Shown here: positions 49,201-62,065 of the stretch, piece after piece
Position numbering within the stretch: position 1 is the stretch's first letter
Layout of the letters: every line of letters starts with the position of its first letter
Source of the DNA: Macrostomum hystrix
Taxonomy: Eukaryota > Animalia > Platyhelminthes
Assembly (NCBI GenBank): GCA_950097015.1
Contig: CATNEN010000011.1
Coordinates: forward strand, 4,898,001 to 4,962,000
Direction: 5' to 3'
Length of the DNA: 64,000 bases
Position numbers and translations under genes: made by a program
The notes under the pieces: generated by a model
The model's input: only the letters and a program-made list of their open reading frames with translations
Databases searched by the model: none
Told to the model about the DNA's origin: nothing

Positions 49201-52200
49201 AGATTATCTTCCTTCTGGAAGAATCTCCACATAGCTCACTGGCTGCTTAGTAACAGACTGCAGCAATCCTTTATTTTTGAATTTTTAATTATTTTATCAA
49301 AGAATCAAATACTTTAACTTGTATAGTTTTTTAAGTGGGGTATACATGATAGTGCATGGCTATGTCTATGACCAAAACCAAAAGAGAAAGAGAGAAAAGA
49401 AAAGACAGGTGACAAAATGATTCTGTTCTAGACTTAGCTTGCTTTTTTGTCTTGACACCTTTACCAACATTCTTTTCTGTGTGGCACACAACCATGCTAC
49501 CTGAGTGGACTACTATGACATCTAAGTAGCTAGTTGTTTTTTTGTTTGTTATTTAGGCAAACTGTGAGTTAGAGAATGACAGTTTTAATTAGTCTTTTAC
49601 TCTATAATTCCCTTTGTTTTGTAATGGACTAGCACAAAACACTTGTATAATTCCAATGTATTCTTAAAATTACTGACTACTTTTGTAGGCTCTCAGTGGC
49701 TCAGCCTAGGGTCAATCTTCAATAGCACTAAGATTGAATTAGAGTTGTATTTAATTCTACTTTAATTCTCTCCTTTTATAAATATTATTATAAAATAAGA
49801 AACATCAGAAAGTTAGCAATATCTAAATTTGTAAATCTTAAGCATTGTTAAGTGAGAGTCACAGTGTTTGTGTGTGCAAGTACAAGTAATTGAAATAAGT
49901 GAAAAAAGAAACATGACATATTCTTCTATTAGTGGCAGCCTATTATAGCTCTCATAGACTTTGTGCATGACGGATGACAGTATCCTAAAATCCTAACAAA
50001 AACAATAATATCCTAATTATTTTTTGCTTGTGTTAAGATATGATATTTTGATTATTAAATATTGACTGTACATATATACTATTATATTGTTTTTTGGTCA
50101 CTGCAATACACTGCAAATTCTGGTTGGTTATTAAAGGTAGCAATAATTTTCTATGCCAGAATAAATGTGTAATTTTGTATTTGTTTTACAATGTTCTACT
50201 TTATTAATACTAATTATTTTGTGTATTCATGGGCTCTGCATTATGCTCAAAAAGCTAAGAAATGTTATTAATAAGATGGCACTTGGTATATATTGTTAAT
50301 CATGAAACTTTAACATTATTGAACTGTTTACCTGTTAGGCACAATGGATTTTCGCCTGGCTCTAGTCTATCTGGCTAATGAGATTCTGCACAATTGCAAG
50401 CGCAAGGATGCATCGATTTATAAAGACGAATTTAAAAAGGTTCTACCCAACACTTTGTCACAGTTGAAGTAAGTTTTTTATTAAAAAAAATTAATAAATG
50501 ATTTAGACAACATGTAGAGTTATCATCCCATTGTTAAAAAATCAAATTAAATAAAAGTTATATCATTTGTGCCAGTCTTAAGTCGGGAAATGTAAAATTG
50601 TTTTCTCTTTGCTTTGCAGGGGCACAAATATTGTTGACAAAGTGGTTCGAGTTTTGGAGCTTTGGTCCGATCGAAAACTCTTAGACAGCGCTGTGTGCGG
50701 CGGTCTCATATCTAGTATCAGTAAGTGTGAAACTGTTACTATTGTTAAATAAGCTGCAGCTTGTTCTACCTTAAGTAGTACCTAAAGTTATTAAATTTAC
50801 CTGATTCTTTTTAACCCCTTCAAGGCTCATCTACCGGCTCCATCGAGGACGCTAAGATTGATCACGAGCTAATAAAGAATTTTTCTGTAAGTATGACTTA
50901 AATAGAAATTGGTTAATTAGTTATTTATTATGACTATTTGTTATGCCAAACTTTTGATTAATAATTTCTCATTCGAGTCCTTCCCCAAGATTTTTATAAT
51001 CGTCACTATAATCGATATAATCGAGCCCACAGTATTTCATATTGGTCATTACCCCTTCCCCAGTATCTTAAAAAGGTCATTACTCATTTCTCAGTATCGT
51101 GCATAGGTCATTACTACTTCACTACAATCTTATATTGGTCATTACTCCTTCACTACAATCTTATATTCGTCATTACTCCTTCACTACAATCTTATATTGG
51201 TAATTACCCCTTACCCAGTATCTTATATTGGTCATTACCCCTTTGCCAGTCACTATTATCTACATTACCAATAGCCTACCGGAGATAATTTTCCAAGAAT
51301 CGCAACCCCTTACCGCCCCTGGCTAGCCTGACTCGGTAATCTCGGCCCTGAAAGAGTTCCTCATCATGGAGATTGACACGGCCTCTAAAGAGCGTCAGCT
51401 TGGCTGCATTCTGTCATCAGATTCCTACACTTCCGCCGCTGTGCGCCAGCTGAAGGATCGAGCTCACGGCGAGGCCTACAGGCATCAGCTAGACGACTCC
51501 TGTCAACGCCTAGAAGATCTAGTTCGCGATCTAGAACGCCTAGAAGAGCGCCGCGAGGCCCTACTAACCCAGCTAGAGAAGGCGCACATGTTCTTTGCCG
51601 CCCAGTACTCTGACGTCAATGTTGTTGTCACCGCCTATAAAAAGTACGGCGAAATGGTAGCTTATATGAAGCGCAAAGTGGAGGAACGCTTGGCTGACTC
51701 GCCCGACGCTGAAGCCGCGGCGGACGCTCCGTCTCCGCGTGCCGACACGGCCGACGCTTTCGGCGTCGAAGTTGCCGTACTAAGTCGTCGAGAAGACGAA
51801 ATGGACATTGATAGCGGAGGAAACACGCCTGTTGCTGGGCAGCACCATCATCATCAGCAGCATTCTTCTAGTAAGCGCCGACACGGTAGCAGCGGCAATC
51901 GGAAGCGCAGACGACGCAGCGGCAGCGGCAGCAGCAATGGCAATTTCAAGCGAGAGAGCAGCGGAGGAGGTTCAGGAAAGAATAGCAGTAGGAAGCGATC
52001 TTCTAGGTGAGCTTTTTATTTACAATAGTAATAATAATAATAATAATTGAGACTCCCAGGCTCCTCGGACACCGGTAGACCAGCCGCGTGTCAGCAATGG
52101 AATTTATTTTTTCCAAACATATCGGCAGCATCCAAACCCCACTTAATTGCCGCACAGAACTGCTTTATTCCACGCCAGCCGGAATTATTATTACCCGACG

Positions 52201-53403
52201 AAATGTCGGTACTCATTTGCAGCTGAGTTGGGCAAAGCAGCTTGCCAAAGGCTGCTCGAATAGTTCTAGACTAGGTCGGGAGTCGAACCCAGGACCATCT
52301 AATCCAGAGTCCGACACCTTACTGACTGAGCTATCCGCCCTCATAATTTACAATAGAACAGGAAACAGATTCGCTACTTTGTTTTAGAACTTTGTCCCTT
52401 AAGTTCGTTAATTTTTGCAACAGTATCTATTGTTTTACTTTCTCGTTATTTTTCTACATTCTTTCGGCATTCTTAGTTTCCTATATTCGTTACTTTATCT
52501 AAAGATTTTTCTTTCGTTTTTTTCTAATTTTTATGTTTCTAAGAATTTGTTGCGTTAATACAACATTCTCATTACTAATATTTTTTTTACAAATTCTTCA
52601 AAATCATGCCCAGGTCCTCTCGCAGTCGCAGCCGCTCGGCCAGTAGCGGCGACGGCGGACGATCTTCAGCCCATCATTCGCATCATCACCATCAGCAGCA
52701 GCATCACCATCATCAGCAGCGTCACGAGATGGCTATCGGTTCGGACAGTCCACCGTCTAGGACCTCCCTTCAGCAGCAGCAGCAGCAGTCATCTGGCAGA
52801 AGCGCCACTCCGACTCTTGACGAGAGAATCGGCTCGGTGGTCACCACGGCTGGCGGGATCGCCGGCGCTGTCGCTGCCTTGACTGCCACCAATTCCCTGC
52901 CAAATCCTATGCTTATCGGCGGCTGGCTCTCACAGTCCCATGCTGCTGCTGCTGCTACTCCGAATTCGCCCGCGACTGCAGCCTGGCGACCCGGTGGCCC
53001 GCCGCAACCGGCGACGCCGACATCGTCCGCGCTGCGACCGCCGCTGCCGCCGCCGCCGCTGCCGCCGCCGCCGCCATTTTTCCCGGCTTTCGCAACAGTC
53101 TCAGCTGCCAGTTCAGCTCAGCAGCAGCCGCCTCAGCTGCATCATTCTTCTATTATGCCGCCGCCACCGCCTTCGTCATTTGGAGGCGGCGCCGACACGG
53201 ACGAGCGAAGGCGTCTACAGCCTCAGTTTATGCAGCAGCCGCAGTCTATGTTCCCACCCTATCGACATCCTGGCCCTGTCGCTGGTCAAATGCCACAGCA
53301 GCAGCAGCAGCCGCCATTTCAGCAACAGCAGATGCAGCGACCTCCACCGATGTTTGACGCAGCGAATCGTTGGCGTCCAGTTGATGGCGGATTCTCGCAG
53401 TAA
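46272..53403 (+). CDS. RPRD2: RPRD2-like RNA Pol II CTD-interacting (CID/RPR) protein; exons 46272-46452, 50339-50468, 50620-50720, 50825-50886, 51327-52006, 52614-53403; ~647 aa
   Basis: CID motifs (DSIYALS, RLALVYLANEILHNCKRK, RVLELWSDR) and the coiled coil AQYSDVNVVVTAYKKY, which resembles RPRD2 AQYKEVKVVANAYKTF. Five GT-AG introns are phase-consistent (1944 nt total). The tail is RS/His/Pro/Gln-rich. Confidence 0.85.
47182..48523 (-). mobile_element. Merlin (IS1016/IS1595-ISXO2-like) DNA transposon, 1342 bp
   Basis: ~44-bp imperfect TIRs beginning GGCTATGGTG and an 8-bp TSD ACCACATA (47174-81, 48524-31). The empty site has a single ACCACATA in the MITE copy at ~17994. Confidence 0.93.
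47335..48399 (-). pseudogene. ISXO2-like DDE transposase with one in-frame stop (TAG at 47734-6)
   Basis: Zn-ribbon (CHC...WSCNTC), EVDES, ITDGW, VNH, HTNTVEGTW. The two ORFs are in the same frame: REGH*VLGMVE, where W is expected. Confidence 0.9.
51035..51270. repeat. 31-bp intronic minisatellite (GGTCATTACTCCTTCACTACAATCTTATATT)n
   Basis: Tandem copies in RPRD2-like intron 4. Confidence 0.85.
52028..52350 (-). mobile_element. SINE family A copy with (ATT)n tail, in RPRD2-like intron 5
   Basis: Reverse complement of 15893-16250 with a short internal deletion; (AAT)n run at 52028-52047 on the plus strand. Confidence 0.88.
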
Positions 53404-53519
53404 TGCCTATAGTTAAACAAACTAATTGAATGTTTGGACTTGTGAAGTTATATACGAAAAATTATTTTAGGCATTTTTTGTTTCAATTTGTCTAAATTCA
53501 CTGACCAAATTAGCAAATT

Positions 53520-53765
53520 TTAGATTCTACGACCTATTTTAAATAGTCTAGATTCTATGACCTATTTGAAATGATCTTAGATTCTATGACCCATTTGAAA
53601 TGATCTTAGATTCTATGACCCATTTGAAATGATCTTAGATTCTATGACCCATTTGAAATGATCTTAGATTCTATGACCCATTTGAAATGATCTTAGATTC
53701 TATGACCCATTTGAAATGATCTTAGATTTTATGACCCGTTTGAAATGATCTTAGATTCTATGACC
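53520..53765. repeat. 29-bp minisatellite (TAGATTCTATGACCCATTTGAAATGATCT)n
   Basis: About 8 copies. Confidence 0.92.
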
Positions 53766-54139
53766 AAATAAAAAGCCTTGGACTTAATGAAAAGCCCAAT
53801 ATTTATAATTATTAAGGGCTTACTTTTTTTAATCTATTTCACTAACCGTACGTTAATTAATTGCAATTTAATCTTTGAAAGTACATTTAAATTTTGTTGT
53901 CAATGGTACAACCTGATGATTAATATCCATTATTCATTCTATTTTTGTATACTTCTGTTAATCGCTAGTTGCTAAAACACAATTCTGTTTCACCAGTTTT
54001 CTTGTTCGTTTGCGTTGATATTCTCAACCCGTGTCTCGACTACTGCATTGCTATTTTGTCTAATTTGCATTAACATTGAATAACAGCCTGTTGTTTGTTG
54101 TGCCGTTAAATTATTGTAAAAATGTAAAACTTTTAATTA

Positions 54140-54440
54140 CTATCTGTTATCCCCTCAGATACAACATTATCCCCTCAGAAACAACATTATCCCCTCAGAA
54201 ACAACATTATCCCCTCAGATACAACATTGTCCTCTCAGATACAACATTATCCCCTCAGATACAACATTGTCCCCTCAGATACAACATTATCCCCTCAGAT
54301 ACAACATTGTCCCTTCAGATACAACATTGTCCCCTCAGATACAACATTATCCCCTCAGATACAACATTATCCCCTCAGATACAATAGTATCCTTTCAGAT
54401 ACAGTATCATCCCCCTCATGTTTAATTTTATCCCCTCAGT
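54140..54440. repeat. 20-bp minisatellite (TATCCCCTCAGATACAACAT)n
   Basis: Direct tandem copies. Confidence 0.92.
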
Positions 54441-55130
54441 TACAATATTATCCCCCAAGATACGATCTTGTTCTCTCAGTTTCCAGAGAGAAACTTATTA
54501 ACTTGTTAACTTGCTTGATATTTAATGTGTCAACTTAGAGTTGTAACCCACTGATGCTTAAGTGGCACATTCTGTAGTGACTCTTGATAAAGAAAAAACA
54601 AAGCTACAAAGAAATCGAAAAAACGAATAGAAAAAACACTGCGCAAAAAACGCTAACTACACTACTTACTTGAATCTGTAAGTAGTGTGATTTGGGTTTT
54701 TGCAGTGTCTTTTTATTATGATCTTCCGATCGCACAATTTAACTTCTGATTGTTAGTTTTTATAATGAAGAAAGGAGACTAAAAGTAAAGACATAGAAAG
54801 ATTTTATAAAGGTTGCAGTTGTCCTTAAGGCCTAGCTTAGTTACCACAACAACGATTATACATAGAAATACTTTACTATAAGATGGCGTAAGTAAAAAAA
54901 TTCCGAAAAATAGTTTCGCGCCAATTTAAATTCACCGCCTGCAATGCTTCTCTTGTTTCTTTTTTTTCTAGCCCCCCCGATTTGAATCTCTGAGCGAAGC
55001 CACTTTTTTCTATTTAATAAAAAAAGTTGAGAATCTAGCATCTGATCGATCAATCGATTGATTTTGATTGATTGATTGGCTTCTCCGAATCGACTATCGG
55101 CACCGACGAGCAACAGCGAATTATTCAGTC

Positions 55131-58011
55131 ATGCAAACGGAGAGCGACATTAACTTTGAGCCCGAGCACGTACTTCTGTTCGACTGTCCGTTGTGCAAAT
55201 TTTTCACCACCTACTTCTCCCGCCTGTCTGAGCACGCCATCGAGCATCCGCAGCGCGACATTGAGTTTGTAGTTTATAAATGCGGCGAATGCGAACTGTT
55301 CTGCTCCAGCGAATACTTGCTGCAGGTTAGCTGCTGCTTTTTGTCCTGTCAATTTTTTTTTACATTTTCTTGAACTTTTGCGTGATTTCCCTGAAAAAAA
55401 TAGCTATTTTTAGATCTGGGAATCACCCTTCGAAATTTATTTTTCTGGGAAGTCCAATTCAAAACGTATATTTTAATCTCTTTGGAATTTCCCTAAAGAA
55501 ATTCTATTTTTATATCTAGGGATTTCCCTAGATTCTTTAGATCTGGGAATCACCCTTCGAAAATTCTTTTTATTCTTTGGTGATTTACATTGAGAGAATT
55601 TTTTTATCCATGGGAATTCCCATACGAAACGTATGTTTTTATCTCCTCGGAATTTCTCTAAAGAACTTATATTTTTATATTTAGGGATTTCCCTAGGAAA
55701 CTTTTTTGTTCTACGGAATTCCCTATCGAACTTTTTTTTTATGTCGAGGGATTTCCATAGGAAACTTCTTTTTTAATCTCATGGAATTCTCCTTGAAATT
55801 CTCATGGAATTTTTCGTATTTTAAAAGTCGTGGGGTACTCAAATTAGCAGTGTTATATTTTTATCATTTGGGATTCCCTAATCCCAAATGATAAAATTCC
55901 ATGAGTTTTCCATCTAGTTTCCTTACTTTACAGGAGCATTGCGAAGTACATCACCCGGACAAGCCCGTCAGCATCAAGAAGGTTGAAGAGCTATTTTTAA
56001 ATTGTCGAACAGAAAGCGACAACGAAGACGATAACGCCGACGACAATGGCAACGCCGACGACGTGGCGGCTTCGGCGGCAGCTGCCGGCATTGACGACGA
56101 CGAATTCGCTGGCGCCAGCGGCACGGATTTCAGTAGGGACGAGGAATTCTCCACGAAATGGAGCACCAATGCTAGTAACATTGTTGGTGGCAGCGACGGC
56201 GCTAGCAAACGCGCATGGGCCAGCGAGAAGAACACTCAAAAGCAGCAGCAGCAGCAGCAACAGCAATTCAGTAGGAAGCGCCAATTCGGAGCTAATCAGT
56301 TCCAGGCGCAGCCTCAATTATCGATCGGTTTCAATCGTCCAATAGGCGGGCCGCATCAGCCAACATTTCAGATGCAGAAGCGACCGAGGCCAAACTGGAG
56401 CCAGGGTGTTCGGGTACAGCATCAAGCTATGATGATGATGCAGCCCCTGATGCACGGAGGTGGCCAGCTTCTGCCTGATCTGGTTGTGCGAGAGAGCGGC
56501 GATTACGTCATCAGCGTCAGTCGGTCCGGCCTGGAAGCCCGGCTGCGTTTCGATCCGGCGTTCTACTCCTCTGATGAAGCCGGTCGCTATATGAGCAGCC
56601 TGGCGACCGAGTTGAATTGGCAACAATTAAAAACTCGCCCGCGACCAGGCGGCCAGGCTGAATCTACTGAGCCGCGCATGACCTACTGGGTTGGGCCGAA
56701 ATATTCCTACGGCTCCGTGCAACTGCCAGAGAATACTAATTGGCATGCCGGCCTGCTGCAGATTAAACAGGAGGTTGAACAGGCACTCGATGGCAAGGTT
56801 TCCTTTAATGCCTGCCTGGCTATTCTCTACAGGTTAGTGGGAATCCCAATATGATTTGGAATCACGGGGAATCCCAATATGATTTGGTATCACGGGAATT
56901 CCAAATATGATTTGGAATCACGGGGAATCCCAATATGATTTGGTATCACGGGGATTCCCAATATGATTTAGTATTGCGGGAATCCTAATATATTTTGGTA
57001 TCACGGGGAATCCCAATATGATTTGGGATCGCGGGGAATCCCAAAATGATTTGGTATCACGGGGATTCCCAATATGATTTGGGATCGCGGGGAATCCCAA
57101 TATTATTTGGTATCACAGGGGATCCCAATATTATTTAGTATTGCGGGAATCCTAATATATTTTGGTATCACGGGGAATCCCAATATGATTTGGGATCGCG
57201 GGGAATCCCAATATGATTTGGTATCACGGGGAATCCCAATATTATTTGGGATCGCGGGGAATCCCAAAATGATTTGGTATCACGGGGATTCCCAATACGA
57301 TTTGGTATCACGGAGATTCCCAATAAGATTAAAAATCACGGGGAATCCCAAAATGATTTGGTATCACGGGGAATCCCAATATGATTTGGGATCGCGGGGA
57401 ATCCCAATATGATTAAAAATCACGGGGAATGCCAAAATGATTTGGTATCATGGGGAATCCCAATGTGGTTTAGCGTCATGGAAAATCCCAACTAATTTAG
57501 CGATACGATAAATCATAATGCCAATTTAGCATCGTGATAGGTGAATCCTCGTTTGATTTTCTGGAAGTCACTTTTTTACGGGGAATCCCAAACTGATTTA
57601 AAATCATTTAGAATTGGCCCACCCATTTTCAACTCATTTTCAAGAGACAACAACGATTCGATGCCGTGGCACTCCGATAACGAGCGCGAGATGGGCCCAA
57701 ACCCGTCCATCGCCAGCGTCAGCTTCGGCGCCAGCAGGCTATTTGAATTGCGTCGCAAGGACGCCGTGCCAGGTGGTCCTGGCGGCGCGATAATTTTCGG
57801 CCAGCAGATTCCAGGCTTTCGCTGCGTACACGTGCCTTTGTCGGCCGGTTCACTGCTATTTACAAGCGGCTCGGTACAGCAGGATTGGCAGCACCGGATA
57901 GCAAGGCAGCCTAATAATTGTGGGGCCAGAATTAATCTCACCTTCCGCTGCATTGTAACTGGAGGCGGCGGAGGTGGCGGGGGCGGCAAGTGGAAGCGGA
58001 CTGGGAATTAA
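55131..58011 (+). CDS. ALKBH3: C2H2 zinc finger - ALKBH2/3-type 2OG-Fe(II) dioxygenase fusion; exons 55131-55325, 55934-56832, 57645-58011; ~486 aa
   Basis: Two C-x2-C-x12-H-x3-H fingers (CPLC...HAIEH; CGEC...Q|EHCEVH across intron 1). AlkB core EPRMTYW, FNACLAILY|RDNNDSMPWHSDNE, IASVSFGASRLF, DWQHRI, RINLTFR. Introns are phase 0 and 2; 1461 nt total. Confidence 0.88.
55380..55900. repeat. Degenerate intronic repeat (GGGATTTCCC/GGAATTTCCC core)
   Basis: Recurrent palindromic core with variable spacing in AlkB intron 1. Confidence 0.6.
56838..57500. repeat. ~29-bp intronic minisatellite (GGGGAATCCCAATATGATTTGGTATCACG)n
   Basis: Begins ~6 nt after the donor of AlkB intron 2 and fills most of it. 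Confidence 0.92.
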
Positions 58012-58839
58012 AAATTATTTTCAAGAATTAGGAGAAAAAAATTCAAATTTCTCTACTTGCCAGTAGGCTAATTAGAATATTGCTCTCCATTTTTTAGAAA
58101 AAAAACTCAAACACTGAAAATTCATACTGTTCTACTTTTCAGTAGGCTGGTTTAGATATTTTTGTCTAATTGAAAATATCTAACCCGGTAAGGACGTAGT
58201 TTAAAAATAGGTGTCTTTTTAGCAGTTATGAAAGTTCTTTTGTCTGTTATATAAACCGTGTTTTATATTTATGATGACGCAAATCAATCTTATGTCACTG
58301 TTTTCATAGCAACAAAAGTTCAATTGGGATTTATTTATCCTGTTATCCCTAAATCCCTGTATTGAATAAGTATGAAATCTGTATAAGTATATTCCTGCTA
58401 ATTGAAGCAGCATAATTATCCCATTGTTGCTATGCAAGCAGGTATTATTAATTTGACACTGACCTTCGTTGCAATTACTACTATTATGTAATGTTCCATA
58501 TGTAATGCAGGCTAGCCTACATTATCCATATAGTTGCTATTGAGTTGTAAAACTCATAATGGACAATACTTTCTTGTTGTTAAACAATTTTATTGCTTCG
58601 CTTTGTCCAATTAATCGCATGTGGTACAGACACGATTTTTAAGTAAGTGTGTAATATAATTAAAGTTTGTCACAAACCACTTTTTTAATTAAAATAAATC
58701 GCTAACATCCGCCTGGCAACCGTTGTCTTGTTGTATTCTTGTCAATTAATTTAGAGGGGATTCTCTTGTTTGTCCTTCCTGATTGTGTTGATTATTTTGT
58801 TAGTTTTTAAGTCTGTCTTCGCCGAATCGATTCTCTAAT

Positions 58840-59820
58840 CGATTCCCCAAATCACCAGATTGATTGTCTGATCCCTAAATCCTTAGATCGTTTGTCTAAT
58901 CCTCAAAGCTTCGGATCGACTATATTTTACTCAAACCTCCAGATCTTTAGTCTAATCCTCAAGTCCTCAGATCGATTGTCTAATCCCCAAATCCTCAGAT
59001 CGATTGTCTAATCCCCAAATGCTCAGATCGATTGTCTAATCCTCAAATCCCCAGATCGATTGTCTAATCCCCAAATCCCCAGATCGATTGTCTAATCCTC
59101 AAATCCCCAGATCGATTATATAATCCTCAAATCACCAGATCGATTATATAATCCCCAAATCACCAGATCGATTTTCTAATCCCCAAATCCCCAGATCGAT
59201 TTTCTAATCCCCAAATCCCCAGATCGATTTTCTAATCCCCAAATCCCCAGACCGATTATATAATCCCCAAATCCCCAGATCGATTGTCTAAACCTCAAAT
59301 CCGCAGATCGATTGTCTAATCCTCAAATCCGCAGATCGATTATATAATCCTCAAATCCCCAGATCGATCTAGTAATCCTCAAATCCCCAGATCGATTGTC
59401 TAATCCTCAAATCCCCAGATCGATTATATAATCCTCAAATCCGCAGATCGATTGTCTAATCCTCAAATCACCAGATCGATCGTCTAATCCCCAAATCCCC
59501 AGATCGATTGTCTAAACCTCAAATCCGCAGACCGATTATATAATCCTCAAATCCCCAGATCGATCGAGTAATCCTCAAATCCCCAGATCGATTATATAAT
59601 CCTCAAATCCGCAGATCGATTGTCTAATCCTCAAATCACCAGATCGATCGTCTAATCCCCAAATCCCCAGATCGATTTTATAATCCTCAAATCCCCAGAT
59701 CGATTTTCTAATCCCCAAATCCCCAGATCCATTTTCTAATCCTCAATCCCCAAGCTTGATTGTCTAATTCCAAAATCCCCAGATTTTTTATCTTAAAATC
59801 CTTAGATTGATTGTCTGATC
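58840..59820. repeat. 28-bp minisatellite (CAGATCGATTGTCTAATCCCCAAATCCC)n
   Basis: About 30 copies with degenerate edges. Confidence 0.93.
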
Positions 59821-60547
59821 TCCAAATCTTATCGAAAAGAAAAATATCGATAAACTTGTTTTAATTCCTCAAGTTCATTTTTGTTCCTCTATTCCCTAAT
59901 CTATTCCCTGATCTATTCCCTAAATCCTCCCATTTTTGTGCTCAGGAGTCAGTTAAATGGGCTGAATCGCTGGCAGCGGCCCTAGTGTCACTAAATGTGT
60001 CATAGCCTTCCGTAAAAATAACTGCAAAAGCAATAATTTACTATCAAAGTTAGCACCACAGAGTACAGTGTATTCTGTGGTTAGCACAACTATTAAAAAG
60101 TTAGTTAACAATAACGGGTTACTGTGGGGGTGTGTCCACCTAGCAACTGGCAGCAAGTTAAGAAAGGTGCGGCTGCAGTTTGTACAGCAGGCTCTGTAGC
60201 TAAGGTCTCTTATGGCCTGACATCGTGCCCAGAAACTAAAATGTTCTTTCAGCTCTGTCGGCAAACGCATTTTACTTTTGACTTTTCGCCCCTGTCTGTG
60301 TTTTTCTTTCGGCGAAGCGACAACTGTCTGCCATTCATCATTATATTAATCTAGTAGGCGCCGATGACTTGCCTTTGTCTTATCTGATACCGCTTTCTGT
60401 TCTAGATTTTGTCGACACCATGCTCTCGGCTTGGTCGAATTTAACTAACTTTTTTGGTTAGTAAAATTTACCGCTTTGGAAAATTTTGTTTTGGTTAAAC
60501 TTTTAGAAAGACACTTAAAGACAATTTTAGTTCCATCAGAACTCTCT

Positions 60548-60995
60548 TTTCTGTCACTCCTGTCTTTTCTGTCACTCCTGTCTTTTCTGTCACTCCTGTA
60601 GTTTTTGTCACTCCTGTATTTTCTGTCACTCCTGTAGTTTCTGTCACTCCTGTATTTTCTGTCACTCCTATATTTTCTGTCACTCCTATATTTTCTGTCA
60701 CTCCTGTATTTTCTGTCACTCCTGTATTTTCTGTCACTCCTGTATTTTCTGTCACTCCTATATTTTCTGTCACTCCTATATTTTCTGTCACTCCTGTATT
60801 TTCTGTCACTCCTATATTTTCTGTCACTCCTATATTTTCTGTCACTCCTGTATTTTCTGTCACTCCTATATTTTCTGTCACTCCTATATTTTCTGTCACT
60901 CCTGTATTTTCTGTCACTCCTGTAGTTTCTGTCACTCCTATATTTTCTGTCACTCCTGTAGTTTCTGTCACTCCTATATTTTCTGTCACTCCTGT
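60548..60995. repeat. 18-bp minisatellite (CTGTCACTCCTGTATTTT)n
   Basis: Direct tandem copies. Confidence 0.95.
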
Positions 60996-62065
60996 CTATC
61001 AGACGTCCTACTGCCTAACATATCGTGAGTCAGTTTCTTATCTAGGCAAAGAAAGCAGATAAGCGATGAATCTCCTGGTCAATCCGAAACAAAAGTACAT
61101 CTGATGGTGCGTGATTCGGCGAACTAATTCTTGATCTTTTTTTGCTTTCGCGCTGGTGTGAATTTCTGCGAATCGTCTTGACCATCTAGTCATGTACGTT
61201 ATGTCAGCTCCGATATTAACTTCATTCTGCAGAATGGAACATTTTTTGATTAATGCTCGCCTAATATTGCCGTCGAGTTTTGTTTTAAACTAACTGCTAG
61301 TCTTTTAGTTAGGCTAATGTATGCACAATAAAATTACGAGTATATTATTAACTGAATATTTGTTTTAGTCATCTGCTGGGGGGTGTAAAATGATCGCATT
61401 CGATTAGTTAAAACTCTAAATAAAACTCAACTTTGTCTAGTTGGGTCGGATGGCGTTTATTATGTAAATTTAAACCATAAAAATGATCCTGAAGTTTTTA
61501 AAAGGCAATATTTAGCCTTCAAAATTTGTGAATTTATTAGATTATGATTCGAAAAAAAACTGATGATAATTTCAGATTTATTTAAAAACGCCTATGCAAC
61601 TGAGACCAAGCCTTCTAAATCCCATTTTAGGGTAGGGGATTAATAAAGTTAAACACTGCTCAAATATTTCTCATCCAGATTCTCCTGGATTGAGAAGAAG
61701 TTGTACTTTTTGTCCTTCCGCCTTCTTAAAGATGCTTATCTTCAGCAGTGCGCAGGGCCACACAGGACCCTGGGAGATAAGTTGGCAGAAAGAAAAACAA
61801 TTTTAAGTGAAAAATTCTCTAATTAATTTTTTCATTAGCAAAATATCAAGAAGACATCGAGTCTAAGAAGCGACACTTCCATGTGATTTAAATATCGAAC
61901 AGAGATTTCAGAGAATCTGCTTAAAGTATTTTTCTATATAATATTTCTAAATTATCACACTCATTAGCACGACACTCCCCAACACCCAAATGTGGCCTCG
62001 CCGCAGAATCGAGCTCAGGAACCTTGGTGCTCTGTCACTCACCCCCAAAGAGGAATACCAAAGAG

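Noticed and set aside
59946-60010. RGS-like KWAESL motif
   Set aside because: Only a few residues match, a stop follows and no downstream RGS helices are present.
60200-60215. GGTCTCTTA as part of a spliced-leader RNA gene
   Set aside because: Only 9 nt resemble a flatworm SL as I recall it; no AUG-GT donor or Sm site follows.
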